Positions 8,938-19,019 of a DNA stretch of 43,938 bases are shown in pieces (within the stretch, counting starts at the first letter, position 1; each line of letters opens with the position of its first letter). This DNA comes from an uncultured bacterium (GTDB lineage: Bacteria > Fibrobacterota > Chitinivibrionia > Chitinivibrionales > JANQEN01), in contig CBDVBE010000003.1 of the NCBI GenBank assembly GCA_965372145.1, positions 1 through 43,938 on the forward strand. Direction: 5' to 3'. A program made the position numbers and the translations under genes. The notes beneath the pieces were generated by a model. It was not told the DNA's origin, did no database searches, and worked only from the letters and a program-made list of their open reading frames with translations.

Positions 8938-9879
8938 ATGTCCAATCTCCCTATGCAATTAGAATATGAAACCTTTCCCTTCACGCCGATTCTTGGATGG
9001 TCGAGTTCCCGCTATGAAGTTTTTGACAAATGCAAGCGCCAATACTTCTATACCTATTACACAAAATATGTAAGTTCTCTCCCTTTATATAAAATGAAGA
9101 TGCTGAAATCATTAACCTCGGTACCGTTAGAAATCGGCAACGTTGTTCATGATGTGATGGAAGCATTTCTTGAACGGTTACAGAAGAGTGATAGTGATAT
9201 TGATGAAGCAAAATTTTTTAAATATGCAAAACAGAAAGCAAATGAATACTTCTCCCAGAAAACCTTTCTGGAAATCTATTATAAACAACTAGAGCAGATT
9301 GATATGGATTTTGCAAACAAGAAAATTGCGGGATGTCTGCATAATTTTTTAAACAGCCCCACCTATAGCTGGATCTTTATGAAAGCAATTAATAACAGGC
9401 AGAATTGGATGATCGAGCCGGGGGATTATGGTGAAACAAGGCTTAACGGGCTCAAGGCATACTGTAAAATGGATTTCCTCTTCCCGGTTGATGAGCATAT
9501 CTATATTCTTGACTGGAAAACAGGCAAGAAAGACACTTATAAACATACCCGCCAGTTGATCGGTTATGCGGCAGCAGCCAGTAATAATTTCAATATCCAG
9601 TGGAATATAATCTTCCCTAAAATTGTCTACCTCTATCCTGAATTCAGTGAGCTGGAGATTGAATTAAAGAAAAATGATCTTGAGGATTTTTTTAAACGGG
9701 TTGAGGAGCAAACCAATGAGATGTATTCGTACTGTACTGACAAAGACAACAATCTCCCGCTGCCCATAGAAAAATTTCCGAAAACACCTTCAAAAATGAT
9801 TTGCAGATACTGTAACTATCAGGAGCTTTGTTTCCCTGAGATAATGGAGCATACTGCCGGCAATCTTCCCTTTGATTAA
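8938..9879 (+). CDS. PD-(D/E)XK nuclease, RecB/AddB/Cas4-like, with a probable Fe-S staple
   Basis: WSSSR..FDKCKRQYF, GNVVHDVME, KMDF, LDWKTG, QLIGY and C-terminal CRYCNYQELC (1+3 Cys). Confidence 0.85.
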   Translation: MSNLPMQLEYETFPFTPILGWSSSRYEVFDKCKRQYFYTYYTKYVSSLPLYKMKMLKSLTSVPLEIGNVVHDVMEAFLERLQKSDSDIDEAKFFKYAKQKANEYFSQKTFLEIYYKQLEQIDMDFANKKIAGCLHNFLNSPTYSWIFMKAINNRQNWMIEPGDYGETRLNGLKAYCKMDFLFPVDEHIYILDWKTGKKDTYKHTRQLIGYAAAASNNFNIQWNIIFPKIVYLYPEFSELEIELKKNDLEDFFKRVEEQTNEMYSYCTDKDNNLPLPIEKFPKTPSKMICRYCNYQELCFPEIMEHTAGNLPFD

Positions 9880-10003
9880 TTTCAACTTCAGAGACAGCAG
9901 TTCACGGTTCATTGGTTCAAGGGTATATAGGCTGCTGCTTATTACAGAACTCAGTATAATACGCGAATTTGACAATTATAAATCGCAAGTTTCTTTTCCT
10001 CTA

Positions 10004-10196
10004 TTCTCCTCCTCCTCGTCGTCCTTCGTCCTGTTTTTTTTACAGAGGTAATTGCAAAAGTCGAATTATAACTATAAATACTCCTTAAAAGTCCCTTAAT
10101 AAGGGATTTAGGGATCCAAAAACGACTTTTGCAATTACCTCTACAGTTAAAAAGAAAAACCGAGGACGAGGACGAGGAGGAGAACGAAGGACGAGG
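10004..10196. repeat. CTCGTC/GACGAG hexamer palindrome interrupted by a MITE
   Basis: TTCTCCTCCTCCTCGTCGTCCTTCGTCC on the left; CGAGGACGAGGACGAGGAGGAGAACGAAGGACGAG on the right. Confidence 0.75.
10045..10141. mobile_element. 97-bp MITE with perfect 19-bp TIRs and a TACA target-site duplication
   Basis: TACA|GAGGTAATTGCAAAAGTCG...CGACTTTTGCAATTACCTC|TACA. Confidence 0.85.
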
Positions 10197-10347
10197 GATT
10201 TTAACAGTATGTTAAGCAGAGGGGTATGGAAATGGCCACTGCACAATTCGAATTGGAAATCAATTTCCTAATTCTCATTTGACCATTCTGCTTCTATTAT
10301 GAACACTTGAAACTTTAGTTGTTAGTGTTCATTATCCCCTTTGTGGG

Positions 10348-10372
10348 ACATAATGTTATGCCTTAGTATAAC
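10348..10372 (-). repeat. 25-bp site, inverted copy of 4470-4494
   Basis: Reverse complement GTTATACTAAGGCATAACATTATGT. Confidence 0.8.
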
Positions 10373-10471
10373 TTGCGATTTCATCTTAAGGAATTAAGAT
10401 CAATTACTGAGTTCTGTATTAACCCTTAACCGGGAACCGGATACCTTCGCGCTGAGGATTTCAGGGAAAAC

Positions 10472-10499
10472 AAAAAGCCGGAAAAAAATTTCCGGCTTT
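10472..10499 (-). terminator. Intrinsic terminator after the TPR lipoprotein gene
   Basis: AAAAAGCCGGAAA AAAA TTTCCGGCTTT. Confidence 0.8.
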
Positions 10500-10529
10500 C
10501 ATCGCACTAGTATCAATTATCAAGAAATA

Positions 10530-12257
10530 TTAACTTTCCGTTTCTGATTCACCTTCCTGTATCTCTGCCTCAGATACCGGTTCTGTTTCTTCGATCTTTC
10601 TTCCCTGACGTTTTGCTTCAGCCTGGAGTTCATCAACGCCGATCATCGGTTCATCGAGGTGCAGGCACATAAATTCTGCATCATCCGACAGTTCACATTC
10701 AGGAGTATTCTTTAGTATCCATTTATAGCTTGCTTCAGCAAGTTCCGGTTTGCTGAGGTATTCTCCATATACAAACCCGATCATGAAGAAAATATTACAC
10801 CGTTTCTCAAAGTCAGAGGAAAAGAGTAAATACCTGCGATAATTCTTAATCGCATCGAGATAGCGCTCTTTTTCAGTTAATATTTTCGCCAGCTCGACAA
10901 GCGCACTCAACCCCTTTGGATGAAACGGAAAATGATCAACCAGTTTTTTATAAATCTTTTCAGCATCTTTCGATTGACCCGCACCATATAAAGAATCTGC
11001 CTCAGCAGCAAATGTAACGGGATCATTCACCAGTTCATCGACAAAATCCGATTGCAGGAAACTGACACGCGCCTTATTGCGCATCACATAGATAGTTTCA
11101 TCAAGCGCGACCTCTGTTTTTGAATTGGTATTGGACTGGATAATATTAGCAAGTCCCGCTGAATCGGGATACAAATCAGGCCTCCCTGTCCTGTCCCAGT
11201 GCTCATAGACACACATAGTGGTATCAATAGTCAGGTTCTTTTTAATATCTTCAACAGCAACCTCATTGAGATATCGTATGACCAATTCATATTTCCATGC
11301 CCAGTCACACACCTCCTTTACATCATTGCTCTTAACAAATCCGGTACTCTGAGCTTCACCATAAAAAAGATGCCATTTAAGCAGCCATTCAACAAGATAC
11401 CGCTGTTTATCAGGTTTTTTGTAATCTTCTCTGCTCGATTTAGGAAGCCATTCCAGAATCATATCCAGATCCTGTGGGGTAATAACCTTGCCTTCGCCGA
11501 AAATTTCTCCTAACGAATCAGGGAATTCTTTCCCATAACGTTTTTTAAAGAGCTCTTTCATAAAAAAACTATGGATGTTTCTGCGTTTTTTCTGTACCCA
11601 CTGTTCCTTTACCTTTGCCGTATCAACAACCTTCCCGGAATCAGTGGAATCCGTCATGCTTGCATAAAACTCAGATGTCGGGGGATATTTTTCCAGAAAT
11701 AGAACTCGTGCAATTTCAGCACGAACTGCATTAATTGGACGGTAAATCACTGAATCTTTTGTCTCAGCTTTTGGTGTAGAAGCTGAATCGGTGCTATCTG
11801 ATTCAGTTGAATCGGATTCAACGGTGATTTTTATAACCTTTTTATAAGTTTCCTTATTACTTTTGTAATATTTTTCGATCTCAGCTTCCTGGAATCCCAG
11901 GTTTCGATCGAGGATATCAAAGAGGTATAACTGTGCGGGATAAAACTTTTCTTTCCATTTCCAGTCAATGCTATTCTTTATTTTCCTCCCAATAACAGAT
12001 TTTGCTTTCTTATAGATCGCACCTGTTTCAACACATTGACTTGCATTCGAACGCCTTCCGGGATAGACCTGCTCATACATACTAGTTGGATAGAGACGTT
12101 TCATTTTTTTAAACGCATCAAAATTTTCCTGCGATATCACCTTCCAGCCGACTCGCGCAAATGCTTTTTGATCTTCTGATTTTTTTTGACACCCGGACCA
12201 TACTAAAAGCATACTTGCGATACATATACAATTCCATAAAAATATTCTTTTAAACAT
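10530..12257 (-). CDS. Lipoprotein with C-terminal TPR repeats (N-terminus possibly SurA/PrsA-like)
   Basis: Lipobox WSGC, then ARVG..VIS. TPR-like helices (AEKIYKKLVDHFP, FMIGFVYGEYL..PELAEASY). Confidence 0.7.
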   Translation of the reverse strand: MFKRIFLWNCICIASMLLVWSGCQKKSEDQKAFARVGWKVISQENFDAFKKMKRLYPTSMYEQVYPGRRSNASQCVETGAIYKKAKSVIGRKIKNSIDWKWKEKFYPAQLYLFDILDRNLGFQEAEIEKYYKSNKETYKKVIKITVESDSTESDSTDSASTPKAETKDSVIYRPINAVRAEIARVLFLEKYPPTSEFYASMTDSTDSGKVVDTAKVKEQWVQKKRRNIHSFFMKELFKKRYGKEFPDSLGEIFGEGKVITPQDLDMILEWLPKSSREDYKKPDKQRYLVEWLLKWHLFYGEAQSTGFVKSNDVKEVCDWAWKYELVIRYLNEVAVEDIKKNLTIDTTMCVYEHWDRTGRPDLYPDSAGLANIIQSNTNSKTEVALDETIYVMRNKARVSFLQSDFVDELVNDPVTFAAEADSLYGAGQSKDAEKIYKKLVDHFPFHPKGLSALVELAKILTEKERYLDAIKNYRRYLLFSSDFEKRCNIFFMIGFVYGEYLSKPELAEASYKWILKNTPECELSDDAEFMCLHLDEPMIGVDELQAEAKRQGRKIEETEPVSEAEIQEGESETES

Positions 12258-12317
12258 ACCGTTACCGTAATCCCTCTTTGTTAAATGGTTTGTAAATTAG
12301 AAAAACGTACCTGGTAA

Positions 12318-12671
12318 TTACAGTGAATTTACTGCCTCATCAAGCTCATCATAGATATCGAGCAATGTTGTCGCACCGATAATCTCAATAATTTCATAGA
12401 CGTTTTCATTCACATTGGCAATTTTGAAACATCCTCCTTTTTCCTTCGCCGATTTACTGAAATGAAGTAGAATCCCCAATCCAGTACTGTTTACATAGCG
12501 AAGTTTTTCAAAATCAGCGACAATATTCAATGTTCCTTCGTTCAGCAGACTAAATATTTTTTCAACAACATTTTCTACATTTGTTGCATCAAGATCGCCG
12601 ACAAAACGAACCAGTTTTGCACCTGGTTTATCTTTTATATCCTCATAAAGTAATTCAATTTGTGACTGCAT
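12318..12671 (-). CDS. STAS-domain anti-sigma factor antagonist (RsbV/SpoIIAA-like)
   Basis: GDLDA, DFEKLRYVNSTGLG with the phosphorylatable Ser, and VYEIIEIIG. Confidence 0.92.
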   Translation of the reverse strand: MQSQIELLYEDIKDKPGAKLVRFVGDLDATNVENVVEKIFSLLNEGTLNIVADFEKLRYVNSTGLGILLHFSKSAKEKGGCFKIANVNENVYEIIEIIGATTLLDIYDELDEAVNSL

Positions 12672-12675
12672 ATTC

Positions 12676-13467
12676 CTATTCCTCTCTGAGTTTTGTCACA
12701 TGCACACATGTTCCGATATCAGAACTATCTATCTGAAAATCGTTTGATAACATTTTTACGAGTGCCAATCCGCGACCGCGCGCATCATGGAAAGAGGCCT
12801 TGGGAGCCGATAAATACTCAGACATCTTCCTCAGAGATTCAATCTTTTCCGGATCGCTCTGATTGGTAACGGTTATTTCAATTTTCTTACGGTCAATTGC
12901 TATACAGGCCTCAACCTCATTGTCCTCAGTCTGAATACCATGTTCTACGGCATTGTTGCATATTTCATCAACAATAGTCTCTATGCGAAACGCATCTTTA
13001 TTACTGTAATTCTTCTGCTTTGCTATCCTGCGTACCATCTGTCTAACAGGGGGAACAAATGAAAGTTCTGACGGAAAATTGAGGGTAATGTTTTCAACTT
13101 GTCCCTGATATTCCCAATAGTATAAGCTTATAGCACTGCGCACATCCTTATAAGAGGTAAAAATTTTATCTGCATCGAGTGAATGAACTCTTTCAAAAAC
13201 ATCCATCCGCATCCCGGCGAGTACCAGATCACCCTCTTTTTCAATGAGTGATGTTCTACAGCCCATCAACTCCCCTATTGCCGCAGAAGAGACAGACTCG
13301 ACTTCAGACATGTCAACGACTATAAATAATTTATCTCCGTTAAGTATCTGATCAAATGTTTGACGAATCTTTTTTATCGCATTATGTCCCATTGCGCCAC
13401 TAACAGAGACAACAATAACTTCCGGTGTATCATCGCTTTGATTAAATTCAATATGAAAAGATTTCAT
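12676..13467 (-). CDS. STAS + HATPase_c (RsbW-like) fusion protein
   Basis: N-terminal STAS (DMSEVESVSSAAIG). C-terminal N-box DEICNNAVEHG and RGRGLALV. Confidence 0.88.
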   Translation of the reverse strand: MKSFHIEFNQSDDTPEVIVVSVSGAMGHNAIKKIRQTFDQILNGDKLFIVVDMSEVESVSSAAIGELMGCRTSLIEKEGDLVLAGMRMDVFERVHSLDADKIFTSYKDVRSAISLYYWEYQGQVENITLNFPSELSFVPPVRQMVRRIAKQKNYSNKDAFRIETIVDEICNNAVEHGIQTEDNEVEACIAIDRKKIEITVTNQSDPEKIESLRKMSEYLSAPKASFHDARGRGLALVKMLSNDFQIDSSDIGTCVHVTKLREE

Positions 13468-13710
13468 AGTCGTTCTTCTTATGCTCCCTGAAAATAAGTA
13501 CTCTTTTTCTTTATTCCCTAATTGTTTTCAAATGTTTGGTAATATACGGCAGCAGGAGTATCGCGGCCTTTATAATACCATCAATAATTCTAAAAAGAGC
13601 AACCCCGAAGTAACATACCGCTGCTACTTTTACTGATGGAGTTCAATGTGATGATTTTCTATATGACCTGTTAAAATACTTAAACACTGCATAGTAAAAG
13701 GAAACAGGTA

Positions 13711-14184
13711 CTAATTTGCCTTATTAGCCGATTTTCTTTTCCGCACTACACGTAGTGTGGTGACATTGTTCTCATCTACATGAAGTTCAACTTCATTGGA
13801 TAACATACGTACAATTTCGAGTCCTAAACAGCCGTCGCATGGATTTTGAAATATATCAGGTTCTTTTTGAGACTCTTCACTATTATCAACGGCAACCCGC
13901 AGCCGTTCAACGTCATTTTTATTCCCACCCTTATCCTTAACCTGAATTTCCAGCCGGTCAGAATAGATTAAGCAGAAAAAATCAACACGCGCATCTACCG
14001 TCTTACAGCCATAATTAATTGCATTACTGCATACTTCATCTACAATTACCTCGGAACGATAGGCAAATTTCTGGCTGTAATTATTCACCTGTAACACTTC
14101 GGAAACAAATTTCCGTATTGGAGATACATATTCAAGATTTCCCGGGAATGAGATTTTCAGTCTGTATGGTATCTGATCATCCAT
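13711..14184 (-). CDS. Anti-sigma factor/Ser kinase (RsbW/SpoIIAB-like HATPase)
   Basis: DEVCSNAINYG, VKDKGG and LGLEIVRMLS. Confidence 0.85.
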   Translation of the reverse strand: MDDQIPYRLKISFPGNLEYVSPIRKFVSEVLQVNNYSQKFAYRSEVIVDEVCSNAINYGCKTVDARVDFFCLIYSDRLEIQVKDKGGNKNDVERLRVAVDNSEESQKEPDIFQNPCDGCLGLEIVRMLSNEVELHVDENNVTTLRVVRKRKSANKAN

Positions 14185-14269
14185 GCGTTATTGTAACCCC
14201 TTTTATGTTTAGTATATATATTCTCAAATTTCGATTTACTACAAAAATTATTTTTCACAAATGCAAAAA

Positions 14270-14632
14270 TTATTCCCCATGAAGAATAAACTTTTCATCA
14301 CTTGAATCGATCATCCCTTTTTTTACCATCGATTCAACCAATCGTGAAACTACTGATAATAATAATGAAAATGTTGGTGTCTCCTCAATACCTTTTATAT
14401 TTTGGGCTGTTTTTGCATCCTTTTCAGATGAGCTCCGCATGGAATCCAAAATACATTCCATGACAAACATTATTTCCCCGTACGTTAAATTACCTTTACG
14501 ATAGTCTGAGAACTCCTGTATCGCCCCAAGTATTAAATCGTTTAATTTATTAAACTCATTCTGGTCATCAAAAACATTTTTATACGATCCCATTTCACTC
14601 ACACGGTCCTCCCATGTTTTAAGGCAAGACAT
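14270..14632 (-). CDS. Hypothetical protein
   Basis: 120-aa ORF co-directional with its neighbours. No recognised motif. Confidence 0.6.
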   Translation of the reverse strand: MSCLKTWEDRVSEMGSYKNVFDDQNEFNKLNDLILGAIQEFSDYRKGNLTYGEIMFVMECILDSMRSSSEKDAKTAQNIKGIEETPTFSLLLSVVSRLVESMVKKGMIDSSDEKFILHGE

Positions 14633-14701
14633 TTATACTTCAATATCTCTATATATGATACACCATAATATAAATAAAGTTAAGCTTTTTATAAAGGGTC
14701 T

Positions 14702-15505
14702 TTATTCCTTCTCCTCTTCAATCTCTTCACTTTCCTGCGTTTCTTCGATTTTTTCCGCATCTTCAGACTCCTGCTCTACTTCTTCCTGTTGCGATTGTTC
14801 TGTCTCCTCTTCCTTATCTTCTCCAACATCCGGAGCTTCCACCGTTGGGATATCAAACAGATCAGAAACCGACGGTACTTTTTTCGTTTTCACTTCATCA
14901 GGCCGCAAAACACCGGACTTTACCATCTGACTCCTGATTACCCCATTGATCACATCAGTAGATTTTTGCGCAGCCAGATTCTGCAACTTTGCAATAATGG
15001 TACTTCTATCTGAAGTTGTAATGTGTGTCACTTTATCAACACTTCTGAAAAATACCGGGGCTTTCGGTACACTTGCCTGACAGGATATATCGCCAATAAA
15101 GGCATATTCACCAAAATCAAGGCTGTACATGGTAAGGCTCAGTGTTAACGTGCCAACCGCTTCAGCTCCCACCAACCAGCGTCGAGCAGGTTTAATGTTA
15201 AAATGTGAAATATCCCCCCACACAACGAGGGTCTTTTCACTTGAAACCAGCATCAATTTCTCCACAAAAGATCGGGTTATTACTGGAGAATTAACAAAAT
15301 CAACCTTTTTTTTCAGATATTGAGTATCATCGTAATCCGCAATATTTACACCTGGCAATACCGTAACCTGTTCTCTGAGAAGGACATCAAATCTCTTTTC
15401 AAACTCAGGAGCCCCTCCAGGGAGTATACCCATAAATACCACTGTTATATTCTGGGCAAATACACCCATGTAAAACAGAACCGTTATCATTAAGGATTTC
15501 TTCAT
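14702..15505 (-). CDS. Hypothetical exported protein with an acidic C-terminal tail
   Basis: Probable start MKKSL at 15505 (GGAGAGG RBS, ATGA overlap with the upstream stop). Signal peptide and Glu-rich tail. Confidence 0.7.
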   Translation of the reverse strand: MKKSLMITVLFYMGVFAQNITVVFMGILPGGAPEFEKRFDVLLREQVTVLPGVNIADYDDTQYLKKKVDFVNSPVITRSFVEKLMLVSSEKTLVVWGDISHFNIKPARRWLVGAEAVGTLTLSLTMYSLDFGEYAFIGDISCQASVPKAPVFFRSVDKVTHITTSDRSTIIAKLQNLAAQKSTDVINGVIRSQMVKSGVLRPDEVKTKKVPSVSDLFDIPTVEAPDVGEDKEEETEQSQQEEVEQESEDAEKIEETQESEEIEEEKE

Positions 15506-15810
15506 TCCAACCTCTCCTTTCGCATCTCTTCGTTTGCCCGATATATCCAACTCAAGATTTCTGCCACGACAGCATAGAGTTCCTGTGGAATCTCCTTATC
15601 TATATCTACCTGAGCAAGAAGCTCTACCAGATCATCATCGTGACGGATTGGAATACCATATTCCTCGGCGATTTCCCTGATCTGACGGGCAATATACCCT
15701 TTGCCCTTCGCTACAACACGAGGCGAAGAATCCTTCTCTTGATCATATCGTAATGCCACTGCTTTTTCAAGTGAACCGGCGACTTTTTTCTTTCTCTCTT
15801 TTTCTTCCAT
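15502..15810 (-). CDS. FlhB C-terminal domain protein (EscU/YscU/HrcU family, FlhX/YlqH-like)
   Basis: KAVALRYD...PRVVAKGKG.IA..I...A....IP...LVELL.......EIP.ELY.VVAEIL.WIY. Confidence 0.93.
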   Translation of the reverse strand: MEEKERKKKVAGSLEKAVALRYDQEKDSSPRVVAKGKGYIARQIREIAEEYGIPIRHDDDLVELLAQVDIDKEIPQELYAVVAEILSWIYRANEEMRKERLE

Positions 15811-15902
15811 GGCAAGAATCTCTTAAATACTTTTTCGAACGTTAGATAATATAAATTTAGTTATTCCACATAGTTAATTTCTATAAAAACACTTTTAAAC
15901 TT

Positions 15903-17900
15903 TTAACCAAGCACATCAAAATTGGCTTGCTGCCCATATTTCTTTTGCATAGCAAGCGGCTTCTTCTCTTTCTGCACAGTTTTATCATATAGCTTAAGCT
16001 GTACAACCGGAATGCCCAATGCAATTAATGCTTCATTAAGCTCATTCTTATATTTCCGGAACCATTCCCTTGCGAATGCATGTTCAAGTGTAAGAGAAAC
16101 CTGCAAGCTTTTCTTAGTATGGTACTCCATGAATGCAGTAATTTCTCCAAGTATTGACAGTTCCATATTCAGCATAACCGTAATATGTTCTGCTGGTTTC
16201 CCCTTTTTCCTCCCACGATGCTCTTTAATAAATTTTACGCGGATTTCACTCCACTCATCACCAATATGCACCGGCAAGACCAGTACCTGCTGTTCACCGT
16301 CAGCACTAACCACCGGTTTTGCCAGCATCTGTAAAGATTCCAGACGGCCAAGAACCGTCTCAATCTGCTGACGTACAACTTCAGTTGCCATTCGAGGCAT
16401 TGGAGGTCCCTCATGCTCACGTCCTGCTGAAGGTTTCATTGCATCAGAAGGACCATCAGGAGTCATTCTTGTTTGCAGACTTCTCTCCGGCCCACCTTTC
16501 CCCTCGACCACATCATTTTTATTTTGCTCAGTAAGGGTATTCAGATACCCTAAAATAAGAAGCAATGCAAGTTTGAAACTTGGAGAATCTTTCTGAAGAC
16601 CGGATGTTAAAGGTACCTCCCCTTGTGCCGAACTGTAAAGATCATGTTCAAGAGTAAAGCCGGTATTTCTAAAAAGAGAGGGAATCGCCTCTTCCTTTTT
16701 ACCTTGAGTAATATGGTAAGCCGAAAAGCTCTCAAATAAGACATTTTTCAAATCAACCATTTTCAAATCATCACGCTGTGTCTCCAGCTAGGTTAAAATG
16801 GTGCTGACTAAATCCGGGATCCGGGATCCTACAAGCATCAATGCCGTATGGAAATCAGGTATCTTGGTATCCCCGGCTTCAAGTGCTACAGCAACCAACT
16901 GGGGTAAAGAAATAGACAGGGCATCTCCGTGAATAAATGATGATTTATTATCCGTAGACACATAGTGCAGAAGATTGTCAAGGTCAAACATCTGAGACAT
17001 ATTAAGATTACCCTTTTGTATAATCATATTTGCAACAAGCTTCGGATCAAGCTGCTTCATGATTTCACTTTTCATATCCACACTCAGCATGTGCTCAATT
17101 TCAAGGACTGCCTGTTCCCGGGGCATAGCAATCGCCTTCTTTCCCCCGGCTGCCGACTCATAAAAAAGAAGGAATAACGGTTTATCCGTAAATATTTTAA
17201 GCATTTCTTTTGCAGAGTTTTCGGCCTCAGGTGAATAGCGGGTCAGCATGGATAAGGCTTCACCTGCGTTTTTCATATAGTAAAATCCCGTTTCAGGCGA
17301 CTCTGTCAGAACCACCACAGGAGCGTGTAACCCCTTTCCTCCTCCGGATAGGGCTGAAAGTTTCTCTGAAAGTGCAGTCAACAGCTCCGCAATACGATAC
17401 GTGGCTTCCTTATTACCCGGTGTCTGTGTTGTATCAAGCTTGAGGATTATCTCGTTTTTTAATTGAGCCAGGAGAAGCTGTAATGATGAAATGTCATGTT
17501 TTTTCTGCTCGAAAAATTCAATTGCACTGTCAAGCAGTTGTGAAAGATACGTGTCATTTTGATCTGATGACAAACTGCCTTGCAGATCTTTAAGCAGGCC
17601 AAGAAGTTCTTCCATCTTTGGGCCGATCTGTAATTCAAGTGTGTCACCAAACGCCGTATATGACTCCACAGGATAGGAATGTATCGCGATATAAACATCA
17701 TCACCTTGAAATGCTATGGAAACAGAATCACCAACGGTAAGTGCCCCCTCCGGAACCCTTACAGTAATATCACCTGAAGGAACACGAATAATATAAGTAG
17801 ATGGATCTATCTGTTTATCAACGACACCCTTATCAAATGGAATTTCGGAAGAGGATAAAGTAACAAGAGAAGCTGAAATCGGGGGTGTTTGAGACACCAT
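15903..17900 (-). pseudogene. FliK-like (YlqG-type) hook-length-control-like gene interrupted by one in-frame TAG at 16788-16790
   Basis: ORFs 16788-17900 and 15903-16766 are in the same frame (ILT*LETQRDDLKMVD). The C-terminus is FliK_C-like (LNMELSILGEI...L..AL..LG). It lies directly upstream of the FlhB-domain gene. Confidence 0.6.
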
Positions 17901-17932
17901 AAGCTTATCACAGAAGTAAGAGGAAAAACAAT

Positions 17933-17973
17933 GTAACCGGGAACCTTTTAACCCTGAACCTGTGAACGGTTAC
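17933..17973 (-). repeat. GTAACCGTTCA..GGTTC repeat family, copy 1
   Basis: Reverse complement GTAACCGTTCACAGGTTCAGGGTTAAAAGGTTCCCGGTTAC. Related to 29763-29800. Confidence 0.65.
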
Positions 17974-17990
17974 TTATCATCTATGGATAA

Positions 17991-18836
17991 CTATCTGTTT
18001 TTTGATTGACCTTTTGCAGCGATACGTAGAATTAATGCAACCTGGTCAACACTTACATGGTATTTACGCGATATATCCTGGGCATCAAGCCCCTCTTGTG
18101 CTGCACGAATAATGTCATCTCGAAGGGTGTCTGTATCATCCTGTTCTTTATTCCCGGCACCATTTTCCTCAGCAGTCGAGAAAGGTGACGGCGCATCGTT
18201 AAAACGTTGTATACGGTCAATATCTCTTTTCATCCGTTTACGCAATAAGGTTATATCTTTATCATCTTTATCGGTCATTTGAGATGAAACTAAAGGCGGG
18301 CCTACGGAAGAATCTTTAGAAACATAATCAGATTGCGATTTCTTAAAAGATGGGCGTGCTGATTGTCGCGAGGACTTCCGTGTCCTGGAAAAAATAGTAT
18401 GCACTAAACCACTGATTAAAATGATACCGGATAAGACTGCAATAAGCCCTACGACTATTATGATCCAGTCGAAGATATGAGCCGGTTTACGAAAGAATCG
18501 TAATAAAGCACGTAATGGGGAACTTTCCTCATCATCTTCAAGGGATGGTAATCCGTCTTCAGATGTACCGTCAAGCTGCCTCCTCAATACTACGATTGAG
18601 TCGTAAATCGCCCTGCTTTCACTTTCTAATTCGTCTAACGGCTCACCTTGGCGCTTCCGTATCTGTTTTTCCAGTTCAATAGAGTCTAATCTGGCAGAAA
18701 GCATTTTCTTAGTATTTACAACCTCTTTTCTTGGCACAGCAGAACTGGGAACTATACCTAAAGAAAGAATTAAAAAAAACATGCAGTGGATTAATGCAGA
18801 ACGCCTGTAGAAATGATAGGAAAAATGTATATTCAT
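17991..18836 (-). CDS. Hypothetical membrane protein with a C-terminal HTH-like domain
   Basis: Signal-like N-terminus, coiled coil, one TM segment (WIIIVVGLIAVLSGIILISGL) and C-terminal AQEGLDAQDISRKYHVSVDQVALIL. Confidence 0.7.
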   Translation of the reverse strand: MNIHFSYHFYRRSALIHCMFFLILSLGIVPSSAVPRKEVVNTKKMLSARLDSIELEKQIRKRQGEPLDELESESRAIYDSIVVLRRQLDGTSEDGLPSLEDDEESSPLRALLRFFRKPAHIFDWIIIVVGLIAVLSGIILISGLVHTIFSRTRKSSRQSARPSFKKSQSDYVSKDSSVGPPLVSSQMTDKDDKDITLLRKRMKRDIDRIQRFNDAPSPFSTAEENGAGNKEQDDTDTLRDDIIRAAQEGLDAQDISRKYHVSVDQVALILRIAAKGQSKNR

Positions 18837-19019
18837 AAGATTGAGAGATGATTATAAATGAAAAATATGATATAATTATAATCAATCACACTTTAGAACT
18901 TAAGATATATTTTTTATTTATATTTAGCAATTATATCATGGTATAAACGGCGTACTGTTGCAAATACGATTTTGAAATTGTATATTGATTCTGTATTTCA
19001 ATCAAAGAGTTAGGAAAAT

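Noticed and set aside
9880-10530. CRISPR array next to the Cas4-like gene
   Set aside because: There are no regularly spaced direct repeats with unique spacers. The repeats are palindromes and a MITE.
16788-16790. Genome-wide TAG recoding or pyrrolysine
   Set aside because: TAG ends several full-length genes in the window (e.g. pyrG, the STAS fusion), and no pyl genes are visible.
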